From NCBI GenBank assembly GCA_965661285.1, contig CBFIDD010000002.1, positions 288,001-352,000 of the forward strand: a DNA stretch of 64,000 nucleotides, read 5' to 3'. Shown one piece after another: positions 47,614 to 61,218 of the stretch. This DNA comes from Poseidonia sp. Lineage in GTDB: Archaea; Thermoplasmatota; Poseidoniia; Poseidoniales; Poseidoniaceae. The notes beneath the pieces are model-generated. The model was given only the letters and a program-made list of their open reading frames with translations, made no database searches and was not told the origin of the DNA. The stretch's first letter is position 1; every line of letters starts with the position of its first letter. Made by a program: the position numbers and the translations under genes.

Positions 47614-48998
47614 TCGACCACTTCGATATCATCGTCCCAAGCAACCTCGGTCGCAAGAACATCAGGTTCCTTCCAGTCCACATCTGTACCGATGTCTTCA
47701 GCGGCTACATCGGGCGCTGAAACAGGCTCGGAAGCGTCAGCATTCTCCTCGTTTTGCGAGCCGTCATCATCGGCGGGGGCGGAGACCACCGGAGGTTCTG
47801 GAGCGATGGTTGCTGCTTCAACAACCCGCTTAATGTGCTCTTGCGATTCGGTCTGACCCATCGTTTGGCGAAGGATGCGAGGTTGAATCCAGAAAAACGT
47901 CAACGCCACCACGAGGTGGCCAGCCATCATGACCGCTCGAACATCATCCAGAACAGTGGTTAACATGGCGACACTCCCTGCGTAAGCATAACCAAAAGCG
48001 AGCCCCATGGGCAAGGCGTTCTCGGTCCTGACGAGTTTCAGCGGTGAGCGGAACGAACGCGAGGTCAGACCCCAGATCGCCATCAGCACCGTGAAGGCCA
48101 TCAAGAGGAATTCCTCGAGAAAGAGAACGGCTGAACCCGGGGAAATAAATTGGTGCCGCCAAACGGTGAGCAGGTGCCACGTGATCATGAACTGGCTTAG
48201 GAGAAACCAGCGCCCAGCGAAGCGGTGGAAATCGGTGCGGGCCGAAGCTTCCAGCCGTGCACCATGAGAACGCCGCCAAGCGAGTGCAAAAACAACGGAA
48301 ACCATCACGAGGAAACCAATGTTTCGAAGCACAATCTCGCCCGGGGTGCTTGAGCTGTCCGCCATCATCTCGAACACATAGAGCAGAAGCGCAGTGAGCG
48401 AGAGAATGATGGCCAACGGCATCGCCATCGAACGGGTGGAGAGGCCTGGTTCACGAGCTGCTGATTCGGGGAGTTTCGATGCCGATACTGAACTGAGCCA
48501 GCGACCAAAGCCTCGACCTTGAACGATGGCCCAGAGGACAAAACAGGAAGACAGCACCCAAGGTATGAGCGAAGAGAGATCCGCAAGCGCTCCCTGCTCC
48601 CCCAGCAACAACACCAACAGCCCGAACATAACGGCGGAGAGGATCAGCGGAAAAATGCAAATGCGAAACGAGAACACCATGCGTTGGACCTTTGTTCGGT
48701 CCGACGAGGCGTCTTTGGGGAGTTGAATCCAACCCTGAACGGTTGGACGGTTTGCCAGCAATCCCGTCAAGAAATAACCGCTTGAGAGCGCCAAAAAACC
48801 GAACGCACTCATCGCCTCAAACGCATTGACGGCAGCGAGTTGCAGGAGCGATGAAAGAACGATGATGAGCACGATGTGGGGAAGCGTTGAGAAGCTCAAA
48901 AGAAGACGGAGCAAGGTCATCAGGGAAGCGTCTTCTTGTTGAAGATGCGCAAGGGTCGCTCCCCCTTCATGGGACACCGCCTCTCCATCGCCATCCAT
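47610..48998 (-). CDS. Hypothetical multi-pass membrane protein
   Basis: Roughly ten TM helices and an acidic C-terminal tail. Start uncertain (the ORF opens at 49058). Confidence 0.75.
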   Translation of the reverse strand: MDGDGEAVSHEGGATLAHLQQEDASLMTLLRLLLSFSTLPHIVLIIVLSSLLQLAAVNAFEAMSAFGFLALSSGYFLTGLLANRPTVQGWIQLPKDASSDRTKVQRMVFSFRICIFPLILSAVMFGLLVLLLGEQGALADLSSLIPWVLSSCFVLWAIVQGRGFGRWLSSVSASKLPESAAREPGLSTRSMAMPLAIILSLTALLLYVFEMMADSSSTPGEIVLRNIGFLVMVSVVFALAWRRSHGARLEASARTDFHRFAGRWFLLSQFMITWHLLTVWRHQFISPGSAVLFLEEFLLMAFTVLMAIWGLTSRSFRSPLKLVRTENALPMGLAFGYAYAGSVAMLTTVLDDVRAVMMAGHLVVALTFFWIQPRILRQTMGQTESQEHIKRVVEAATIAPEPPVVSAPADDDGSQNEENADASEPVSAPDVAAEDIGTDVDWKEPDVLATEVAWDDDIEVVD

Positions 48999-49082
48999 GG
49001 TGTTTCCTGACGCCGACCCATATTGAGGGTATTCCTTCTCTACGAAGTCAAACATCATGAACAGGAGACCTCACCCCCCACC

Positions 49083-49469
49083 ATGGCCAAGCGGCTGACA
49101 AAGGCCCTGCGGGGGAAACGCCGATGGGTCGGGGTCGGCGTCCACCAGCGTTTTCAGGACCGCCCCTCAGTGGAGAAGGGCCTTGAAAAGGTCCAGAAGG
49201 CGATGGCATCCCAACCCAACCTCCGCCTGATGGACTTCAAAACCATCCAACAACGTGGTGCGTTGGCCGAGCAGCCCGAGTTGACCGACCTTCCGCAGCA
49301 AGACGGACTGGCCATTGTGCGTGTGCCGCACAACGCCATTCGGGACATACGGAAACTCCTCGAAGAAGAGGACGCCATGGACAAATGGGGATTTCAAAGT
49401 TTGACCACCAGCGGCAAGATTCGCTTGGTTCGCCAACGACTTGGTCTACCAAAACCAAAGCGGAAATAA
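49083..49469 (+). CDS. Ribonuclease P protein component, Rpp14/Pop5 family
   Basis: LRGKRRW, GLAIVRV and SLTTSGKIR pattern. Confidence 0.7.
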   Translation: MAKRLTKALRGKRRWVGVGVHQRFQDRPSVEKGLEKVQKAMASQPNLRLMDFKTIQQRGALAEQPELTDLPQQDGLAIVRVPHNAIRDIRKLLEEEDAMDKWGFQSLTTSGKIRLVRQRLGLPKPKRK

Positions 49470-49577
49470 GGCGATTTGACTCAATGAGTCCCGCTCAGGT
49501 CCATCGGTGAAAGCCGCAGAAGTCAAGAGCATCCACCCCGAGGGCAGGCCATGGGAGGAGGAGGTACGGCGCCCGCT

Positions 49578-50042
49578 ATGAAGATGAGCGATGTCTTCAT
49601 CCTGACCGGGCTTACCCTACTTCTTGGTGGCCTTTTCCTTCATGCTTGGGTCACCCCCATCGACCACAGCGGTGAAGACCCATCCTACACCAACGGCGCT
49701 TCCATGATGAAAGGCGATGAGTTCGCGTTCAGGGTGACGGTTGAAGCCGAAACCACCCTCCGCATTGTGGTGATGGACGATGAGAACACCATCCTTAGCG
49801 CCGAAAATTTCGTGCTTGCCGCCGGTGAAGAGCACAACGAACGAATCACCATGGAGACATCCGGCTACTACACGTACGAGATTGACACCAAAGGCGTCAA
49901 TGCAACCATTGAAACCGATATTGTGCGGAAGTACATGATCGACATGCTCCCCTTCCCCGTGGGTGCACTCCTCCTCGGCTTTGGATTGTATCAGCGCAAA
50001 GAAGTGGATGACGAGGTGCTGGACGCCGAGTTAGACGCCTGA
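49578..50042 (+). CDS. Hypothetical membrane protein (TM, beta-rich domain, TM)
   Basis: N- and C-terminal hydrophobic helices. Start is 49551 or 49578. Confidence 0.7.
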   Translation: MKMSDVFILTGLTLLLGGLFLHAWVTPIDHSGEDPSYTNGASMMKGDEFAFRVTVEAETTLRIVVMDDENTILSAENFVLAAGEEHNERITMETSGYYTYEIDTKGVNATIETDIVRKYMIDMLPFPVGALLLGFGLYQRKEVDDEVLDAELDA

Positions 50043-51467
50043 CCACGTCACATCCTCTGGCTCGTCAAGCGCCTCGATGCCCTCGAGCCGCAATGAACCA
50101 TCGACATTGACACCGAGGAGGTTGGATTCTTGACCTCTATAGAGAAGAGGTCCAAGCAGTTCTTCGCCGTGCAGAACCGCTTGTTCAACCTCGTCAGAGG
50201 AATCCAACCGTGGAAGAAGCGCCAGTCGTTCAAACAACGAAGCGACCATGGCATGAAGTTGAGGATGAAGGTCGGCTGAGCAGACTTGATGACCGAGGTC
50301 CTGAAGACTGCCATGTTCGTCACCGCTGGCGTCAAGATTCAAGCCGATGCCCAGGATCACATGATGGGTCTCGCCTTGAGATATCGCCTCAAAGAGAACG
50401 CCACCTGCTTTTTTCATGTGGCCGTCCGATGAGCGAACGAACAGGTCGTTGGGCCATTTCAAGCACACATCTCCTGCCATTGCACCGCTCATGAACCGGA
50501 CCATACGGGCCATGGCCTCTCCAACCCGTAACTGGTCTGCCGTAACGTGAGACCACCCTTGACCCGAATGGACAAGCCACGAGGCCATGAACGCCCCCGG
50601 GTAGGATTGCCATGTTCGTCCTCGTCGACCTCGCCCGGTGGTTTGTTTGTCCGCACGAACGGAGGCCCCGACAGCACCTGCGAACGCCATGACATCGTCG
50701 TTCGTACTCTCGGTGTGTGAGCGATACACCACGGGAGCGTCGACGTAGGGTTTCCACACCGCAATCACCGACAAGTGCTCTTCGTCCGCAAACGAGCGGG
50801 TGGCAACACAACGAGCAGCCATGCCAGCCGCCCACGCCATTTCGCACGCCGTATCACCCACGCCTTTGGAAGAAACCGTCATGTAAGCAACACCGTGCGG
50901 CGAAAGGAGGTTCGAGGAAGCCAGCCGGTGAAGCATCCGAACGTACAGACCTGTTTGGTCGTTGTCCGTGAGTGCCGCTTCCTCAAAGGGCCCCAGTTTC
51001 GCTCCCCGCAACGCATCACCACCCAAATAAGGCGTGTTCCAAACGACCACGTCGTAGGTTTGATCGCCGCCCCATTGCGCGGACAAGCCGTCATCGGTGG
51101 GCCCTGGACCCCCCTCGAGAACGGTCGCACGGAGGCCATGCTGCTCGAAGTGGGCACGCGTGCAGGCAACAGCAAACGGATTGACATCGCACGCAGTGAT
51201 AAGACAACCCAATCGCGCGGCGTAAAGGGAGAGCACACCCGAACCACAACCGATTTCCAGCCATCGCGTTTTAGGCGTCAAGCGCTGCGATGTCAGGACG
51301 GAAGCGAGGAGGTCGGTGTCCTCCCGAGGAGGATAAACTGTGGGGGGCACGGACATCGAGAAGACCTCACCGTTTGGCGCCTTCCAATCAACCAACGTTG
51401 CCGCCCGGACAAGGCGCTCAATCTCGGCCTCCGCATCAGCGGCATGGAAGGATTCATCACCACTCAT
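50031..51467 (-). CDS. HemK/MTQ2-family methyltransferase fused to biotin--protein ligase (BirA catalytic domain)
   Basis: VYPPREDTDLL, LEIGCGSG and VWNTPY; then ESTND, ADKQTTGRGRRGRTW, LKWPNDL, KAGGVL and GIGLN. Confidence 0.85.
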   Translation of the reverse strand: MSGDESFHAADAEAEIERLVRAATLVDWKAPNGEVFSMSVPPTVYPPREDTDLLASVLTSQRLTPKTRWLEIGCGSGVLSLYAARLGCLITACDVNPFAVACTRAHFEQHGLRATVLEGGPGPTDDGLSAQWGGDQTYDVVVWNTPYLGGDALRGAKLGPFEEAALTDNDQTGLYVRMLHRLASSNLLSPHGVAYMTVSSKGVGDTACEMAWAAGMAARCVATRSFADEEHLSVIAVWKPYVDAPVVYRSHTESTNDDVMAFAGAVGASVRADKQTTGRGRRGRTWQSYPGAFMASWLVHSGQGWSHVTADQLRVGEAMARMVRFMSGAMAGDVCLKWPNDLFVRSSDGHMKKAGGVLFEAISQGETHHVILGIGLNLDASGDEHGSLQDLGHQVCSADLHPQLHAMVASLFERLALLPRLDSSDEVEQAVLHGEELLGPLLYRGQESNLLGVNVDGSLRLEGIEALDEPEDVTWSGV

Positions 51468-51668
51468 GCACCGTCCAAAACGCAACCCGTGAAGAGGCTA
51501 CGGGTCAACACGATTGGAAAATATAGCGATATTTGCCAAAATGAGCACATTTATCAAGTCAAGAGCTAAGGGGAGAGCAGGCCCCCATCGAAGCCGTCAT
51601 GGTCACGGCCGTCCCGAAACGTATAAGAAGGGCATGCAAGTCGGATGAAAAGCCCAAGTTGCTACATT

Positions 51669-51742
51669 GGGCCTGTAGCTCAGTCAGGTAGAGCGTCGGA
51701 CTTTTAATCCGATGGTCGCGGGTTCGAACCCCGTCGGGCCCG
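51669..51742 (+). tRNA. tRNA-Lys (anticodon TTT)
   Basis: Acceptor stem GGGCCTG/CGGGCCC, D-arm GCTCAGTCAGGTAGAGC, anticodon arm TCGGA-CTTTTAA-TCCGA, T-loop GGTTCGAACCC; no encoded CCA. Confidence 0.97.
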
Positions 51743-51791
51743 CCTGATTGGTCTGCCGGCGCGGTGTGGGTGGGCGATCCGGGGAGTAAAA

Positions 51792-52442
51792 ATGGTCGTA
51801 AAGAGTGCAACAAAAAAGCGATTGATGGAACTTGGCGTCTCCGAAGAGTATGCCCACAAACTCGCTACCGACCGAAACATGACCGACATCAAAAACATGT
51901 CTCACGACGATGTCGCCACCACCCTGGGAATTTCCAAAGACGCTGAGGAATTTATCAACACCATGCGCATCATCGCCGAGCAAGGCTCTCGCCGCCGTGC
52001 CGCCAAGAAGAGCACGAAAATCACCATCCGTGCCAAAGCCGTTGACGACATGGATCGTCCGGAAATCACCTCCCGCTTCAACGCCCTCAACCACGTGCTC
52101 GTTCCCCACCAGGAACTCGTCGGCGAGGCCAACATCTCACCCGAAGAACAACTCGCCATCGAGATGGAAGAACTCGCACCTTGGAAGATGGTGCAACCCG
52201 ATGCCGAGACCGGAGAAGACCGCCTCGCAAAGGAACTTCTTCCGAAGATTTTGATCACGGACCCCGTGGTTCAGGTCATCAAAGAATTCGCCGAAATTGC
52301 AGACGCTGCTGCCCATGCGGCCAACCCCGACCACACCCCGTTGGCGGCTGGATGGATTGCAGACCGTGTGCTCAAGGTTGTCCGGCCATCCCCATCCGCC
52401 GGAAAGACGGTGGCTTACCGGCTCATCGTGGAGGGGAACTGA
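51792..52442 (+). CDS. rpoH: DNA-directed RNA polymerase subunit H (Rpo5) with extra N-terminal domain
   Basis: HVLVPHQEL, LPKILITDPVV and VLKVVRPSPSAGKTVAYRLIV; first gene of the RNAP operon. Confidence 0.92.
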   Translation: MVVKSATKKRLMELGVSEEYAHKLATDRNMTDIKNMSHDDVATTLGISKDAEEFINTMRIIAEQGSRRRAAKKSTKITIRAKAVDDMDRPEITSRFNALNHVLVPHQELVGEANISPEEQLAIEMEELAPWKMVQPDAETGEDRLAKELLPKILITDPVVQVIKEFAEIADAAAHAANPDHTPLAAGWIADRVLKVVRPSPSAGKTVAYRLIVEGN

Positions 52443-52454
52443 GGAGGAGATATC

Positions 52455-55400
52455 ATGCAGGAAATCATTCAAGCATTTTTCAAACAACGCAGCCTTGTCA
52501 ACCACCAGTTGGCATCCTACAACGACTGTATCCCCGCCTCGGAGAACGCCATCTCCCGCATGGAGCGCATCATCCGAAACATCCGTGTCGGAACCGACGA
52601 AGACTTCAACGACGACGAAGGCGGCTACATCAAACTCGACGTTCACGACCAAGACATCGTGATTCGTCTCAAGAACGTCAAACTTGGGCAGCCAACGGTG
52701 AAGGAAGCTAACGGTGCCCTGAACCCATCGACACCGATGGAATGCCGACTCCGCAAGTTGACCTACATGTCCCCGGTCACCATCGACTTCACCATCAAGC
52801 GCAACGGCGTTCCCTCTCCAACCGAGACCGGCGTTGCGGTCGGAAACATGCCGATCATGGTACGCTCCGAGCGATGTAATCTTCACGCCAAGCACATTGC
52901 TGGCGACCGCGTCCTCTCGCCGACCACCTCCGCTGAGGACAAGGCCACATGGCACGAACTGCTGCGCAAGAAAGGCGAAGACCCTCTTGACCCCGGCGGC
53001 TACTTCATCATCAACGGAACCGAGCGCGTGCTCATCTCAATGGAGGACCTCGCTCCAAACCGAGTTACGGTTGAAATCAACAAGCGCTACGCAAAACAAA
53101 CGGAAGTCGCGAAGATTTTCTCACAGAAAGACGGTATGCGCAAGCCGCTGACCGTCGAAAAGCGCCGAGATGGTATGCTCATGGTCAAGATCAGCACGGC
53201 CGGTACCACCGCAATCCCCGTTGTCTTGTTGATGCGGGCCCTTGGTGTTGAAAACGACCAGAACATCTTCCAAGCGATCGCCGGAAACACGGACTCCTTC
53301 AAGTACATCGTCGCCAACATCAACGAGGTGAACGACAACGAAGAATACAAGGTCGTCACCACCGAAGAAAGCCACCAGTGGCTGGAAAAGAAATTCGCAG
53401 CAGGCCAGCAAAAGGAATACCGCGAGGCTCGTGTGAGCCAACTCCTCGACCGAGAACTCCTCCCTCACTTGGGCGACCAAATCGAAGATCGCGAGAAAAA
53501 GGCCATCTACCTCGGACGCATTGTCCGCCAGGTGTTGGAAATGGCCATTGAAGGACGAGATCCGAACGACAAAGACCACTACGCCAACAAGCGAGTTCGT
53601 TTGGCTGGAGACTTGATCGAAGACCTCTTCCGCGTCTCCGCCGGTCAACTCGCTCGTGACCTCAAGTACCAGTTGGAGCGCCACCACAACCGAAAGCGCG
53701 AGCTCAAAATCACCTCGTGTCTCCGCCCTGACGTTCTCACCAGCAAAATCATGCACGCACTGGCAACAGGAAACTGGGTTGGTGGACGGTCCGGCGTCAG
53801 CCAACTCCTTGACCGCACCACCTACCTTGCCGCGCTCTCCCACATGCGCCGTGTCACTTCCCCGCTTGTTCGAAGCCAACCCCATTTCGAAGCTCGGGAT
53901 TTGCACCCCACCCAATGGGGCCGCCTCTGCCCGAACGAAACACCGGAAGGACAGAACTGCGGTCTGGTGAAGAACGCTGCTCAGATGATCGATATCTCCG
54001 AGAACATCGACGAGGTTGAAATCCGTGAGCGCTTGGATGAACTCGACGTCTACCAACCCGATGACTGGACCGACGGTGACCGTGTCCACGTCAACGGCGA
54101 CATCTACGGTATCCACAAGCGCGGAAAGAAACTCGTGGACCACTTCAAGTCCTCTCGCCGCCGCGGCGTGATTCCTTCCGAGGTCTCCATTCGCCACGAT
54201 GTGGAGAACAAGGACATCTTCATCAACACGGACAAGGGTCGTATCCTTCGACCTTTGCTCATTCTTTACGACGGTGCACCTCGATTGACGCAAGACCACC
54301 TGACCAAACTCGCCAGCGGTGAAATCAACTTCCGCTCCCTCATCCTTGAGGGTGTCGTGGAGTGGGTGGACGCTGAAGAGGAAGAAGACCTCTATATCGC
54401 ACCTCGTCCGTTCGTTCTGCCCGAAACCGTCCCCGAAGGCGACAGCGCCGGACTGGCCGGCCGTGTTGTCAAAAACGAGGACATCGAATGGTTGAATTTG
54501 GGCGAACCCCGAAGCGAAGTGGCTCACCTCAAAGCCAAGGTCTCGATGCCCAACGGCGAAATTGCGACCACGGAATTTGATGTTCCGCTTCTCTACACCC
54601 CCGAACACACCCACTGCGAAATTGACCCGCAACTGGTTCTCGGCGTCTGTGCCTCGCTCATCCCCTACCCCGAACACAACTCAACCCCTCGTGTCACAGG
54701 CGGTACGGCGATGGTCAAGCAATCCTTGGGACTCCCAAGCGCCAACTATCGCATGCGCCCCGACACCCGAGCACACATCTTGCATTACCCGCAACGATCC
54801 ATCACCCGGACGCGTGCTATGGAAACCACGAACTTCGACGACCGCCCAGGTGGCCAGAACTTCATCGTGGCCATCATGTCGCTCCACGGGTACAACATGC
54901 AAGACGCTGTCATCATGAACAAGGGCTCCATTGACCGAGCCCTCGGCCGTTCGACCTTCAACCGCACCTACAACGCTGAACGCCGACGATTCCCAGGCGG
55001 ACAGGTTGAGGAAATCGAAAAGCCCGGTTCGTCCAAGCAGGAGATCAAGGGCTTGAAGGCCCCCGAATCCTACGTCCACCTCGAAGCCGACGGACTCCCC
55101 GTCCCGGAAACCGCCCTTGTAGGCGGGAATGTTTTGGTCGGAAAGACCAGCCCGCCCCGCTTCCTCGAGGAATCCTCAGGTGCTTCGTTCCTGATGGCGC
55201 AAGAGCGCCGGGAATCCTCGATGCTCGTTCGACACGGTGAGAAAGGCTGGGTCGACAATGTCTACGTGACCGAATCGCTTGATTCCGGCCGCTTGGTTCG
55301 CGTGATGGTCCGAAGCCACAAAGTCCCCGAAGTTGGCGACAAGTTCGCTTCCCGACACGGACAAAAAGGTGTCATCGGCCGCTTGGTTGAACCAGAAGAC

Positions 55401-56068
55401 ATGCCGTTCACCCCCGATGGTGTTGTCCCCGATCTCATCATCAACCCCCACGCCATTCCGTCGCGAATGACCGTGGCCCACGTTTTGGAAATGATCGGCG
55501 GGAAAGTCGGTGCTATGGAAGGTCGTCGTATCGACGGCACCGCCTTCCGCGGCGAGAAAGAGTCCAGCCTGCGAGACGGCCTCGTCCGCAACGGGCTTGC
55601 CCACACCGGCCGTGAACTGATGATCAACGGAGAGACCGGTGAATCCTACCCCGCCGATATCTTCGTTGGCTGTATCTTCTACCAACGACTCCACCACCTC
55701 GTGAGTTCCAAGATTCACGCCCGTTCTCGCGGTCGTGTGCAAATCCTCACACGTCAACCGACCGAAGGTCGTGCTCGACAGGGTGGTCTGCGATTTGGTG
55801 AGATGGAACGTGATTGTCTCATTGCCCACGGTGCCTCGATGGTCATCAAAGACCGCTTGTTGGACGAGTCCGACGGCATCGACATGTACGTCTGTGCCCA
55901 ATCCGGTCACATCGCCTGGTACGACCCCAAGCGTGGCACCTACGTCAGCCCCATCCACGGTGATGGCGCAGAGGTGTACAAGGTACAGACTTCTTATGCA
56001 TTCAAGCTGCTCCTCGACGAGATGAAGAGTTTAGGTGTGGCCATGCGTCTTGAACTGGAGGACCGAAG

Positions 56069-56072
<4 letters not shown>
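52455..56072 (+). CDS. rpoB: DNA-directed RNA polymerase subunit B (Rpo2, unsplit)
   Basis: GGYFIINGTERV, ETPEGQNCGL, GYNMQDA, GDKFASRHGQKG and GGLRFGEMERD. Confidence 0.99.
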
Positions 56073-60822
<4,750 letters not shown>

Positions 60823-60866
60823 AATTCCAACCATGAGAAACACATGTGGAGAATGGAGGAAGAAAA

Positions 60867-61166
60867 ATGGATCTAAGCCGACAACTGAAGAACGCAATCG
60901 CAACAGGAAACCTGTTGTTTGGACAACGACAAACCAAGGACGCCTGCGCAAACGGGAACGCCAAAATGGTCATTGTGGCAGCCAACTGCCCCGAAGATTA
61001 CACGACGGCCCTGCGTGCTGCCCACCCAGAAGTGAGCATGCATCGCGCACGCATGGTGAACCGAGAACTGGGTATTGCCTGTGGTAAACCCTTCTCCGTT
61101 TCCACCATCACCGTCCTCGACGCTGGCGATAGCGACTTGATGGCCCTCGAGAGCAACGTTGAGTGA
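60867..61166 (+). CDS. rpl30e: 50S ribosomal protein L30e
   Basis: TGNLLFG, IVAANCP, ELGIACGKPFSVS and DAGDSD. Confidence 0.95.
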   Translation: MDLSRQLKNAIATGNLLFGQRQTKDACANGNAKMVIVAANCPEDYTTALRAAHPEVSMHRARMVNRELGIACGKPFSVSTITVLDAGDSDLMALESNVE

Positions 61167-61218
61167 ACCCTCATCAACGGGACAAAGGCTTGATGGCCTT
61201 TGGTGCACACGACAAACC

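Noticed and set aside
51669-51742. tRNA-Lys as an integration site
   Set aside because: No duplicated tRNA 3' end and no integrase in the window; the flanks are housekeeping genes.
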